A stretch of DNA of 64,000 nt from Limnochordia bacterium (GCA_007116145.1 SKJB01000083.1:5404-69403), one strand, 5' to 3'; counted from the stretch's first letter, positions 19,709-29,866 are shown. Program-made: numbers and translations. Notes: a model not told the origin generated them from the sequence alone.

Positions 19709-21557
19709 AAATAGCCCAGAAGAAAACCAATCAAACCAGCGTCAGACTAGCACAAGCGTGCGCCCAGGCGGCTTAGGCCGGGGTGGCCTCGGAATGGGGA
19801 TGCCAGTTGTCAAAGCACAAAACCCAAAACAAACCCTCAAACGACTCTGGCACTATATGATCCAGGAAGCAAAGACACTTGCTGTAGTTTTTGCTCTGGT
19901 GGTTGTTGGAACCGTTTTAATGCTCACTGGACCGTATTTCATCGGAGTTGCCATTGATCGCTATATTACTCCTGGAGATTTTCCAGGACTATTACGGTTA
20001 TCTGCCCTTATGCTGAGCATATTTGTTGTCAGCGCTCTTTGTACCTGGCTGCAAAACTACTATATGATCGGTTTGTCCCAAAAAATTATTGCCCAAATGC
20101 GTAAAGACTTATTTGCTAAACTACACACCCTTCCCCTGCGTTTCTTCGATAGTAAGCCCCATGGAGAATTAATGAGTCGTTTAACCAACGACATTGAAAA
20201 TATTAGCAACACACTAAACTCAAGTACTACCCAAGTGTTTGCTAGTATCATAGCTATCATGGGTGCATTTGCAATGATGATTTATTTAAGCCCGTTGCTC
20301 ACAATATTTAGTTTGTTTACAATTCCCATTATGATAGTGGCCACGAAAAAAATTGCCAAAGGAACCCGAACATACTTTGCAGCCCAACAAAAGAATCTTG
20401 GTGATCTTAATGGTTTAATCGAAGAAACCATCTCTGGGCAGCGAGTCGTAAAGGTGTTCTGTCGTGAAGAAACTCTTATCCGCCAGTTTAACCAGGACAA
20501 TTTAAAGCTAAAAGAGGCTGGAATTAAAGCTCAGATTTATTCGGGTATTATTATGCCCTTTATGAACGTTTTGAATAATCTAAGCTTTGCGATCCTTGCT
20601 GGATTTGGCGGTTGGCTGGTGATTCAAGGCGCGATCACTGTGGGGGTGATTGCGAGTTTTATCAGCTACTCTAGACAATTCACTCGACCTGTAAACGAAC
20701 TTGCTAATCAATTTAATATGGTACAATCAGCCATTGCTGGAGCCGAACGCTTCTTTGAAATCATGGATGAAGCACCAGAAACTAAAGATGCTCCTAACGC
20801 TGTGGCGCTCAAAGAGATTGGAGGCAATGTCGACTTTACTGATGTATCTTTCTCTTACATGTTAGATACCCCAGTCTTAAAGCATGTAGACCTCCACGTT
20901 ACATCCGGCCAAACGATTGCTTTAGTAGGGCCCACAGGTGCAGGTAAAACCACAATAATAAATCTATTAACCCGCTTTTATGAGATAAATCAGGGAAGCA
21001 TTACCATTGATGGCAAGAACATCCAAGACATTGCACGCAACAACCTACGGCAACTGTTGGGGATTGTATTGCAGGATACCTTTCTATTCTCTGAATCAGT
21101 ACGTGAGAACATTCGCTATGGCAAATTGGAAGCCACAGATGAGCAAGTGGAAGCTGCAGCCAAGTTAGCAAATGCAGATACATTTATTCGCCGTCTACCC
21201 GAGGGGTATGACACTGTCTTAACAGAAGATGGTGGGAACTTGAGTCAAGGCCAACGTCAACTGATTGCTATTGCTCGTGCTCTACTCGCTGATCCAGCTA
21301 TTCTCATCCTCGACGAGGCTACAAGCAGTGTCGACACACGAACAGAAATACACATTCAAGAAGCAATGCTCCATCTCATGCAAGGAAGAACTAGTTTTGT
21401 CATCGCCCATCGCTTAAGTACAGTTCGTGATGCAGATACTATCGTAGTAATAAACGATGGAGAAATCATTGAACAAGGTACCCATGAAGAATTATTAGCA
21501 CAGCAGGGATTTTACCACCAACTCTATATTAATCAATTTAGTCGGCAAACAGCATAG
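19701..21557 (+). CDS. Heterodimeric ABC exporter subunit (consensus site)
   Basis: GPTGAGKT, LSQGQRQ, ILDEATS, IAHRL; start at ATG 19701 after GAGGAGG. Confidence 0.93.
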   Translation: MAKNSPEENQSNQRQTSTSVRPGGLGRGGLGMGMPVVKAQNPKQTLKRLWHYMIQEAKTLAVVFALVVVGTVLMLTGPYFIGVAIDRYITPGDFPGLLRLSALMLSIFVVSALCTWLQNYYMIGLSQKIIAQMRKDLFAKLHTLPLRFFDSKPHGELMSRLTNDIENISNTLNSSTTQVFASIIAIMGAFAMMIYLSPLLTIFSLFTIPIMIVATKKIAKGTRTYFAAQQKNLGDLNGLIEETISGQRVVKVFCREETLIRQFNQDNLKLKEAGIKAQIYSGIIMPFMNVLNNLSFAILAGFGGWLVIQGAITVGVIASFISYSRQFTRPVNELANQFNMVQSAIAGAERFFEIMDEAPETKDAPNAVALKEIGGNVDFTDVSFSYMLDTPVLKHVDLHVTSGQTIALVGPTGAGKTTIINLLTRFYEINQGSITIDGKNIQDIARNNLRQLLGIVLQDTFLFSESVRENIRYGKLEATDEQVEAAAKLANADTFIRRLPEGYDTVLTEDGGNLSQGQRQLIAIARALLADPAILILDEATSSVDTRTEIHIQEAMLHLMQGRTSFVIAHRLSTVRDADTIVVINDGEIIEQGTHEELLAQQGFYHQLYINQFSRQTA

Positions 21558-21571
21558 AGCAATAACGAGGG

Positions 21572-21595
21572 AAGCCCCCGAAAGGCAGGGGGCTT
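21572..21595. terminator. Hairpin between convergent genes
   Basis: AAGCCCCC-GAAAGGCA-GGGGGCTT. Confidence 0.6.
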
Positions 21596-21845
21596 ACTCG
21601 AGAGAAATATGCACTACTTCAGCGGATACACCAGTCAGTGTATTTAATTCGAGCTGCAACTTAACTGCTTCATCCTTATTGCTTAGCTCTAGAATAATAA
21701 AACCATCATCTACACATTGATCATTGACTTCATGCAGACCCAGTCGAGAGCGAATAAAGCAGCCATATTTTGTGAACAATTCTTGAACTGTTACTGCAGA
21801 TTCTCTACGCTTATCAAGTAAAACTACTACAACATTGCGTGCCAT
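21594..21845 (-). CDS. Small ACT/NikR-C-like protein (TM1266 iron-only hydrogenase regulator-like)
   Basis: R.ESA..VQ.L.T.YGC.I..RLGLHE...GFIILEL pattern. Confidence 0.6.
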   Translation of the reverse strand: MARNVVVVLLDKRRESAVTVQELFTKYGCFIRSRLGLHEVNDQCVDDGFIILELSNKDEAVKLQLELNTLTGVSAEVVHISLE

Positions 21846-21863
21846 CCAAACACCCCTTTTTAT

Positions 21864-22877
21864 TTATTCGCTTGGTTCAGCTACTATCGCTGACCAGCCC
21901 TTCCCAGAGTACGCATTATACCCTCTAGTGTGCGCATATCCATAAAGCATTTTTACTCCTATATTCCCTTGCTCAAGTATATATCCATAGGTCGATCCGC
22001 CACTAGCGTTTTTAACGGCAGACAACGAGGAGAGATTATCCGTTAGGGTTCCCTCTCGACTCCGACTAGCAATAACCACGCCCTGACTATTTACCAAATA
22101 GATGAGACCGTCATCACTAACTTTTGCACTGTCCAAAATATCAAGGACATAATCCCAGTTAAACCGAGTGGTAAACACCCCGAGAGCCTCGCCACTGTTG
22201 GAGTAAACAGGGCACGAATAGGATACGGTATACCCGCCAACAGACTTTGAGAAATACATGTCCGAAACATAGACTTCCTCTTCTTGCATCGTTTGCTTAA
22301 ACCACTCCCTCTGCGATACATCATGCCCTATCTGCGTTTGATCTACACCTGCAGCCACAATTTTACCTGATCGGTCTACCAAAAATAGGTCATAATACAC
22401 CTCATAGATATCTACAATCTTTTTCATCAATTCACTAGCACTTTGTTGTGTATCTTGCGATGGTTCCGCCAAACATTGCCGAATTTTCATGAACGTAGAC
22501 CAAGCTTGTACATCACAATTTCGCTCAAATAAATTGCGATCTACTTTATCAATTGTATCATACGCTAGATCAGCTAAGCGCACAGCCATAATGTCATTTG
22601 CTCTTGTTTGAATGTTTTGGATTAGTTGATAACTATCTTGATTTGAGATCCGACTTTGATCAGCAAATCTTTTAATCTCATCGGCTACAACCGAGAAACC
22701 TCGTCCTGCATCTCCTGCTCTTGCTGCTTCTATGGCAGAGTTTAAAGCCAACAAATTAGCTTGCTTAGCAATTCCATCTATAGTCTTAGCCACCTGACCC
22801 ATTTCCTTATTGGCCGCTTTCAACTGGTTTAGCAAAATAGAAATACTCTGTTGTTGATTTGCTTCTCTTTCAGACAT
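21864..22877 (-). CDS. Soluble chemoreceptor-like protein: N-terminal MCP signalling hairpin, C-terminal Cache-like domain
   Basis: [34 protein letters not shown] near the N-terminus; [27 protein letters not shown]; no TM segment. Confidence 0.8.
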   Translation of the reverse strand: MSEREANQQQSISILLNQLKAANKEMGQVAKTIDGIAKQANLLALNSAIEAARAGDAGRGFSVVADEIKRFADQSRISNQDSYQLIQNIQTRANDIMAVRLADLAYDTIDKVDRNLFERNCDVQAWSTFMKIRQCLAEPSQDTQQSASELMKKIVDIYEVYYDLFLVDRSGKIVAAGVDQTQIGHDVSQREWFKQTMQEEEVYVSDMYFSKSVGGYTVSYSCPVYSNSGEALGVFTTRFNWDYVLDILDSAKVSDDGLIYLVNSQGVVIASRSREGTLTDNLSSLSAVKNASGGSTYGYILEQGNIGVKMLYGYAHTRGYNAYSGKGWSAIVAEPSE

Positions 22878-22970
22878 GTTTATCAGCTCCTTCTCAACTA
22901 CATTACCATAAAAGTCGCTTTAACGGGATAAACTACGCTATGTATACCTGTATTATTACTTCCATCCGAA

Positions 22971-25250
22971 CTAGAATGTATACTCCTTGCTCACAAAAGT
23001 AGAATCTGTGTGATATCTAGCCCCCGGATTACTCATCCTGTCAATAGGACGTGGACGAACGGTGACATTAGACACTAAGGGCCAACCATGGCTTTGATCC
23101 AGCACGATTAGGTGTAAGTCATCAGTAGGATAGTAATGGAAAGCTAATTCGATTCCATCCGTTGGTAGTCCGTGAAATCGTAGTCCCCAGTACCAGTCAG
23201 CTTCAAATTGATTAGTTATTTTGTATCCATTAACGCTACTTGCTAGTAAGGAAACATTATTTAATAGATACACTGTAAGAGTAGGAGCTTGTCTCAGTGA
23301 GCTAGCTTTCAAAACAAGGGAACGTACTCCAGCCGCGCTAATTTCATCGGATACTACGACTAATTCTGGTGCTTGTAGATAAGGTACCACCTCTGCTTTG
23401 GCACTTGTGTATATGGCTCCAAAAGGAGATAGCGCCACAAGCTTATCCTGTACACTTTCCAGAAACAAGTCTTTCATAGTACCATCGACTTTCCGATCCA
23501 GTGTTGCCCAAACAGCCTGGTTAGTTGTGGCATCTAGCAAGTAAAAAAGACTTGTTCGCTTGGGGTGATTTCCACTATGACCTTGACTTGTTAACATAAT
23601 AAGCACTGCCAAACTCGCAACGATACAGACTGTGGGTAGTATTCGCCCATCCCATTTCTCCCATATAAATAAAGGCATAACTAGAGTTAACAAGAGCACC
23701 CAGAGTAACGCTCCTAGTAGTGGCTGTGCAAGTGTCATGGCTAAAAACAGCATCCAAATCACTGGCATACATATGAGTAGAGCTGGGAGTATACTAACCC
23801 ACTTAACCCACTCCTCATACCAACTTTCTTGCTTTGTTTCACTGAAAAATAAGACGCCGACACCAATTAAGATAGATAGCAAAGGCCAGGCTAGAATGTA
23901 ACTAGCACCAGGCATAAACCCACTAATAAGAAGTAACACAACAGATAGAACAATTAACGATCCCATGGTTTTTCCATAGTAACCTAAACCCTTAGTAGCT
24001 AAGGTATAGAGGCTCATAGTGACGCCACCACTTAACCCCATAAATACCACAAAGTAATTGGAACTTTCATACGTATCTTGATTAAGTTGCAACACCGTCT
24101 GTACAAGCCATAGTATTCCCAGACTAAGAAATACACAAGTCAGAGCCACCCCACAACCACGGAGAATCTGGGGCCACTTAACATACGATCGAGTGACACC
24201 TATCCAGATCAGTACCACAAACAGAAATACTAGTACCAAACTAATTGGCATCACAAAATTCTTACTGTAGTGAAGAAGAAACTGTCGGGCAACAGTAAAA
24301 TAAACGGCATCAGTCGTTGCCTGTTGGTCTAAGGAAATCTGACCAAAGTGACGAGCCAACCCCAAAGCATATTCGCCATGATGCTGCAGACTGCCCAGAT
24401 CAAGCCGAGCTAAACTATCCTTAGCCGAATGGTAATAGGCCATATCTGAAACGATACTAAACCCAAGGCCATTAACACCAGCATCTGTAATAACTCGAAA
24501 GTCATTATCAAAACTTAAAAAGTGATACACATCTTGACTGACTGAACTAGCAAAGGGATAGTTCACAGCTTTTGCTAGCTGTTGCACTAGCCACCCATTG
24601 TTAGCACTGGTTTCAAACATAAATACAGGACCATTAGGACCCTGGCCTTCAAAATTGAAAACCATCTTTACCTCGTCAAAGAAGGGATGCTCTCGCACAA
24701 AAGCTTGGGCTCCTAATAAGCCGTACTCATGACCATCTGTAAACAAGATTATGAGATCGTTACGAAGTGGCCCTTCTGCTGCAATAAGTCGAGCCATCTC
24801 CAATAGAGCAACCACACCCATGGCTGTATCACCCACTCCTGGTCCCGTTTGCACAGAGTCGTAATGAGCAACAAAAAGGACTGCACCCGAAGAATTTGTC
24901 CCAGGAAGGCGCCCCACCACATTAGTAATAGACGCCGATTGAAAAGGCACCGACCTCAAATCTCCATCCACAATGGTGGTTTGCTGCAAAGTGGAATCTA
25001 ACCCATAACGCTGTAGTTCGTCCTGTAGGTAATGATACGACATTTTGTGATATGCAGAACCTGGGATACGAGGGTGTTGCCCAATTACACGTAAGTGATC
25101 AGAAGCTTGATAGGCTGAAAAATTCGAGTCTTGATTCTTAGGTATGGCTGAGGGCGGAATCAGCTGCAGCGCACTAACCCACATCAAAAGCCCTAACAAG
25201 ACTAATTTAGCGAAATTTTCGATAAATCGTCTTCTAGGCATAAAACTCAC
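22971..25250 (-). CDS. M28-family metallopeptidase with multi-TM region (ERMP1-like architecture)
   Basis: AHYDSV, GVGD, TDGHEYGLLGA, NFEGQG, YYHSAKD, followed by about 8 TMs. Confidence 0.8.
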   Translation of the reverse strand: MSFMPRRRFIENFAKLVLLGLLMWVSALQLIPPSAIPKNQDSNFSAYQASDHLRVIGQHPRIPGSAYHKMSYHYLQDELQRYGLDSTLQQTTIVDGDLRSVPFQSASITNVVGRLPGTNSSGAVLFVAHYDSVQTGPGVGDTAMGVVALLEMARLIAAEGPLRNDLIILFTDGHEYGLLGAQAFVREHPFFDEVKMVFNFEGQGPNGPVFMFETSANNGWLVQQLAKAVNYPFASSVSQDVYHFLSFDNDFRVITDAGVNGLGFSIVSDMAYYHSAKDSLARLDLGSLQHHGEYALGLARHFGQISLDQQATTDAVYFTVARQFLLHYSKNFVMPISLVLVFLFVVLIWIGVTRSYVKWPQILRGCGVALTCVFLSLGILWLVQTVLQLNQDTYESSNYFVVFMGLSGGVTMSLYTLATKGLGYYGKTMGSLIVLSVVLLLISGFMPGASYILAWPLLSILIGVGVLFFSETKQESWYEEWVKWVSILPALLICMPVIWMLFLAMTLAQPLLGALLWVLLLTLVMPLFIWEKWDGRILPTVCIVASLAVLIMLTSQGHSGNHPKRTSLFYLLDATTNQAVWATLDRKVDGTMKDLFLESVQDKLVALSPFGAIYTSAKAEVVPYLQAPELVVVSDEISAAGVRSLVLKASSLRQAPTLTVYLLNNVSLLASSVNGYKITNQFEADWYWGLRFHGLPTDGIELAFHYYPTDDLHLIVLDQSHGWPLVSNVTVRPRPIDRMSNPGARYHTDSTFVSKEYTF

Positions 25251-25315
25251 CCCTTACGATCAATTTTTCTCATTATAATACTTCGAGTTGCTAGGGAATT
25301 AACCTGCATAGGAAC

Positions 25316-25361
25316 AAAAAAAGAATGTCACGCAATGTACGAATTCATTCATTGTGTAACA
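25316..25361 (-). terminator. Terminator after the dapB-like gene
   Basis: Minus strand TGTTACACAATG...CATTGCGTGACA-TTCTTTTTTT. Confidence 0.65.
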
Positions 25362-25382
25362 GCCCTGCAATTTATTGCTGTA

Positions 25383-26120
25383 TCATAGAAACTCCCCTAA
25401 ATCTGTAACTAAGCGTTCAAAGCGATTAATGCTTAGAATTGCCTTAGCCACACCTGGACCATAGCACTGTCTGTCACTTACATCATGTTGGATGGTCAGG
25501 GATTCACCATCGCCCCCAAAAACCACCTCTTGATGGGGCAACACTCCAGATAAGCGTAAACTATGGGTGGATATATCTTTATGTTTAAAGCCTGATACTT
25601 TTTTCATTTCCTTCACCATTAACTTCGATGTCCCCGATGGACATTCCCTCTTATCAGGATTATAAATATCGACAATCGCTGCTTCGTTGAAGACTTGAGC
25701 TGCTAACCGCGCAGCTTGCAACATTATTAAAGCCCCCAAAGAAAAGTTAGGGATAAGAGCACCGCCTAACCCATGTTTCTCACACAGCCGACTAAACGCT
25801 TGCATCTCATCAGCACTAAATCCTGTGGACCCGATAATTGGGTGAATTCCCAACAAAACACTGGGAAGAAAATGTTCCTTTGCCACTTCAGGTGGACTAA
25901 AATCCACCCAAATTGTCGGACTTGTCTTATCCACTGCCTCACGAAAGTTGTCAAGAATTGGTACTTGGCTATCAAAATTTGCTAAAACACAGCGCATGTC
26001 ACTACCTACATACTTACGGCCTAATACTCCTACCACATTCATATCAGCCCGAGACGACAAATAACGAACGACTTCACGACCAGTCTTACCCGTTCCTCCA
26101 GCAACCATTACACGATGCAT
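25383..26120 (-). CDS. DapB-like reductase with altered substrate loop
   Basis: GGTGKTG, VDFS, IGSTG, PNFSLG, K..CPSGT, HSLR, HQEVVFG. Confidence 0.75.
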   Translation of the reverse strand: MHRVMVAGGTGKTGREVVRYLSSRADMNVVGVLGRKYVGSDMRCVLANFDSQVPILDNFREAVDKTSPTIWVDFSPPEVAKEHFLPSVLLGIHPIIGSTGFSADEMQAFSRLCEKHGLGGALIPNFSLGALIMLQAARLAAQVFNEAAIVDIYNPDKRECPSGTSKLMVKEMKKVSGFKHKDISTHSLRLSGVLPHQEVVFGGDGESLTIQHDVSDRQCYGPGVAKAILSINRFERLVTDLGEFL

Positions 26121-26188
26121 AGGTATCCCCCTAAACGTTTGTCGACAAGCTCGTTTTCATTTATATTCGAGAATAAACCGTTATATGC

Positions 26189-26228
26189 AAAAGAAAAGCC
26201 TACCGGTGTATAACCGAATAGGCTTTTT
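26189..26228 (-). terminator. Terminator after the transaminase-reductase gene
   Basis: Minus strand AAAAGCCTATTCGG-TTATACA-CCGGTAGGCTTTT-CTTTT. Confidence 0.75.
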
Positions 26229-26231
26229 CTA

Positions 26232-28865
26232 TTATGCGTGTTTACGTTCGTTCACTACAGTCTTTCTACGAGTTTCCACAACACGCTGCCAAATATCCTC
26301 CGATAACGGTAAATCGAAACTACGGAATCCAGCGAGCTTAAATCCGTGAACAGTCGCTAACTTTCGTAATCGATTCAGATGATCCAAATTCAGGTCCGCA
26401 CCAATACTAGTATTCTCGTAAAGGTGTTCTAATCCTAGCATCATAGTCTCTGACATACAAGCGTAAGCGGTCCCTACGTCAAAACCAAAATTCCAACCTA
26501 AGTCTGGCTTTCCTGGCACTTCAATGATACCGCCATCCATCACTAGTACATCACTACGATTCTCTAAAATATCACGATGAACATTAGCTGGACGAGACAT
26601 ATCACAAATCAATGCGCCCCATTTTACCATATCGGATGTTATCATAGCATCCGTACTACTTGTTGCTGCGAGGATAATGTCAGCTTTTGGCAACCAATGC
26701 TTGTGATCAACAGTTAGTGTAATCGGACAGCCATTAGCTAATTGGTCCTTTGCAACATCAATCCATACTGATAGCGGAGAATCTAGCTCAGGAAGATTCG
26801 CTAAGTTGGCAACATACGAACCGATACTGCCCGCTACAAATGTTTTTCCTAGGCTTAGCTGCTTAGCTAGATACTGAAATATTTCAGCTACTACTTTAAG
26901 CATCCGATATTCACTTTTCTCGGGTCGATCAGGATTACCCACTAAGATAAGCTCCTTAACATCCTCTGACAATAGAATCGCCGAAGCTTTTCCAATAGCA
27001 CCACCGGCTCCAACCACTGCTGCTGTAACATCAGCCAGTTCCATACCCAACCGTGTTGCACCGATGGTTAGGGCTTCTACACCAGATAGCACCGTGTAAC
27101 TATTTCCAGTGGTCAAAGGAACTTCCACCTGGCTTAATAACGAACGACCACCTGCTGTAACCACGGATGTATAAGCACCGAGTCCCACAATCTTAGCACC
27201 GCGACTTACTGCTAGCTCAATTGCCGCGGTCATTTCTGATAACACTTTGTCTCTAGGCATGGCCCTCAATTCTTGAGCAGTGCGAGGCACTGCAATGAAA
27301 TCGCCAAACGCACTCTTCCCAGCAGGGCTCGAAATCCTCACACTTGCGACTAAGAATGGTTCAACCATATCGCTCCAACGAGCGGACAAATCACCTAATT
27401 GCTCAATGTCAAATACACGTAAGCTCTCATCAAAATCGGAGTAATTCTTCATATCAATAGGATGAATTAAAAAAGCAAATCGACCTTCATTGGGATCTTC
27501 GACAGACTCAATTACTGGTCGCGGCGCATTCACCCCCGCATTATGATCGGGCACTTCAAAATCAATTAAATGTCCTAAAAATGCTGCTGTATTCCGTTTG
27601 GCTAACATGGCCACCGCACGTTCAATACTAACTAACGCTCGTTCAATCTGCTCCATTGTAGTTATCAATGGTGGTTCAATCCGAATTACGCTTGCTCCAT
27701 TTAGCGTTGGAGCTACTCGCAAGCCTTCAACATTTAGCAAGTAGCTGGCGATCATCGGTGTTAATATTTCTTGCTCGGCCATAACGCCCAATAAGCTTTC
27801 AGGATACAAAGAACGGGAATTGCCAAAATCGATCCCTAACATAAACCCTCGTCCGCGAATTGCTTGGATAATCTGCGGGTATCTTTTTTGAATCTCAAGT
27901 AAACCGTTTTTAAGAATGGCGCCTTTATGAGCCACCTCTTGTATTAATCGTCCATCATCACACGTCAATAGATCTAAGACTTTAAGTCCAACACGACAGG
28001 CTAATGTATTACCACCAAATGTGGACGAGTGCTTCATTCCAAAATCATCTGTATATACATCAGCCGTACACAATACTGCTCCAATGGGTACCAACCCGCC
28101 ACCCAAAGCCTTGGCTAATGTCATAATATCAGGCGAAACACCTTCAGCATTACAAGCAAATAAGTGACCGGTTCGACCTAACCCAGTTTGTATCTCATCA
28201 AATATGAGTAAAACACCATACTCAGCACAGATAGCCTTTGCCTCAGCTAGATAACTTTTTGGTGGTTCGATAATACCACCCTCGCCTTGTATCGGTTCAA
28301 TGATAAAAGCGGCTATATCTTGTCCTTGACTGGACAATACTGCACGAAGTTGCGCAATATCACCATAGAGAATATATTGAAACCCAGCTACCGGTGCACC
28401 AAACACTGTTTGATACCCACTATTCCCAGTTGCTGACAAAGCTCCTAGTGTTTTCCCATGAAAACTATTGTGTGTGGTTAAAATTCCCATCCGACCAGTC
28501 TTTGCTCTTGCGAGCTTAATAGCGGCTTCAACTGCTTCGGCTCCGCTATTAGCAAATGTTACTTGAGTTAATCCTGATGGCGCAACCTCAGCTAGACGCT
28601 TTCCTAAAGCACCTGCTGCTTCCAATAGTGACGGCTGGGTAAAACTTGGTTCTAAGCTTGCTTGGATATCATTAACTGCTTGCCAAATCTCAGGCGGATT
28701 AAAGCCAAAAGGTAACGCTCCGTAAGCAGCGATAAAATCCAGATACGATTTACCTTTATGATCATAAAGATAACAGCCTTCTCCTTTTACATATTGCTTA
28801 TCTAACCCTATTTCGACTAGGCGTTTACCTAGGTACGGATTAATATTTTCTAGATACGGGTGCAT
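26232..28865 (-). CDS. Class III aminotransferase fused to an acyl-ACP/thioester reductase-like domain
   Basis: NSGAEAVE, FHGKT, EPIQGEGG, DEIQTG, AKALGGG; C-terminal FAFLIHP, GLGAYTS, TTGNSYT, GAGGAIG, DMSRP, YACMSE; ATG 28865 after GGGAGG. Confidence 0.85.
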   Translation of the reverse strand: MHPYLENINPYLGKRLVEIGLDKQYVKGEGCYLYDHKGKSYLDFIAAYGALPFGFNPPEIWQAVNDIQASLEPSFTQPSLLEAAGALGKRLAEVAPSGLTQVTFANSGAEAVEAAIKLARAKTGRMGILTTHNSFHGKTLGALSATGNSGYQTVFGAPVAGFQYILYGDIAQLRAVLSSQGQDIAAFIIEPIQGEGGIIEPPKSYLAEAKAICAEYGVLLIFDEIQTGLGRTGHLFACNAEGVSPDIMTLAKALGGGLVPIGAVLCTADVYTDDFGMKHSSTFGGNTLACRVGLKVLDLLTCDDGRLIQEVAHKGAILKNGLLEIQKRYPQIIQAIRGRGFMLGIDFGNSRSLYPESLLGVMAEQEILTPMIASYLLNVEGLRVAPTLNGASVIRIEPPLITTMEQIERALVSIERAVAMLAKRNTAAFLGHLIDFEVPDHNAGVNAPRPVIESVEDPNEGRFAFLIHPIDMKNYSDFDESLRVFDIEQLGDLSARWSDMVEPFLVASVRISSPAGKSAFGDFIAVPRTAQELRAMPRDKVLSEMTAAIELAVSRGAKIVGLGAYTSVVTAGGRSLLSQVEVPLTTGNSYTVLSGVEALTIGATRLGMELADVTAAVVGAGGAIGKASAILLSEDVKELILVGNPDRPEKSEYRMLKVVAEIFQYLAKQLSLGKTFVAGSIGSYVANLANLPELDSPLSVWIDVAKDQLANGCPITLTVDHKHWLPKADIILAATSSTDAMITSDMVKWGALICDMSRPANVHRDILENRSDVLVMDGGIIEVPGKPDLGWNFGFDVGTAYACMSETMMLGLEHLYENTSIGADLNLDHLNRLRKLATVHGFKLAGFRSFDLPLSEDIWQRVVETRRKTVVNERKHA

Positions 28866-28912
28866 AGTGAACCTCCCATTCTCGTATGTACACATTTTTG
28901 TGCACAAACATA

Positions 28913-29716
28913 TTATAGCAAGTTTTTACAGAAAACACAATGCCTTAGTTTGGATAGATTGACATATTCGATTGCGATTACCGTCAGAAATCCCATCCCG
29001 ATCCAAAAAATATTACGTAAGTTCCAGATATCTATAAGCAGCATGGGTACAGACCCAAGTATCATACCAGCTAACAACGCTAAAGTAACCCTTGGATAAC
29101 GAGTTAATAGAAAGCTCATAACCCAGGCTAATAGGATTAAACCGCCAATAACACCAAGTGCAAAGGGAATAAGAAGTGAGAATTGTAGTTGGACAACGGC
29201 CTGAAGTGTTAACTCATATAGACCTAATATCACTAAGACTGTTGATCCACTAATTCCAGGTAATAACATGGCTGTACTTGATAAAACTCCAGCTATAAAC
29301 ATGCCAAGAAAAGGGTTTTTCCCTAAGTCAATAAATGCACTAGTACCAAAAGTAAATGCAGCGACGATCACAAAACCTAGCAAAAACAGGGGACAGATAA
29401 GTCCCTGGCGACCGGGTCCAATCTTTTTAATCACTACCCAGACAGACGCTAAAATAAGACCGGTTAATACGCTTTGTGTACCCGTGGGATAGGATTCTAA
29501 GATAAAAACAACCCCTCTAGAAGCCAACAAAATACTAAATATTACCCCGAGCCCAAAGGGTAGCAGCTTTTTAATGCACAGCTTCTTTAACGCATCAATT
29601 AATTCATCATAAAAGCCTAACACCAACATTGTTGTCCCACCACTAATCCCTGGTAATACATTTGCGAAGCCTAGGGGCAAACCACGTAGAAACCATAGTA
29701 GGCACTTTTTTATCAT
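28913..29716 (-). CDS. DUF368 protein (undecaprenyl-phosphate translocase family)
   Basis: Two repeats, PGISGGT and LPGISGS; multi-TM. Confidence 0.85.
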   Translation of the reverse strand: MIKKCLLWFLRGLPLGFANVLPGISGGTTMLVLGFYDELIDALKKLCIKKLLPFGLGVIFSILLASRGVVFILESYPTGTQSVLTGLILASVWVVIKKIGPGRQGLICPLFLLGFVIVAAFTFGTSAFIDLGKNPFLGMFIAGVLSSTAMLLPGISGSTVLVILGLYELTLQAVVQLQFSLLIPFALGVIGGLILLAWVMSFLLTRYPRVTLALLAGMILGSVPMLLIDIWNLRNIFWIGMGFLTVIAIEYVNLSKLRHCVFCKNLL

Positions 29717-29812
29717 ACTATTTCCTCCAATTCAATTATAACTATTTTATTACATTCTTCGCTGTTAAGCAAGACAATATTTTTGTTGGAACGGGCTAGT
29801 TCATGCCTGTTA

Positions 29813-29840
29813 GCAGGATTCTCGTAAGCAGATCAAGAAT
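29813..29840 (+). promoter_or_regulatory. Sigma-H-type promoter
   Basis: GCAGGA-18 nt-GAAT. Confidence 0.55.
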
Positions 29841-29866
29841 ATATAAGAAAAAAGGGGGGCAAATTC

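Noticed and set aside
25383-28865. dapB-like gene and transaminase-reductase as one operon
   Set aside because: A clear terminator at 26189-26228 separates them.
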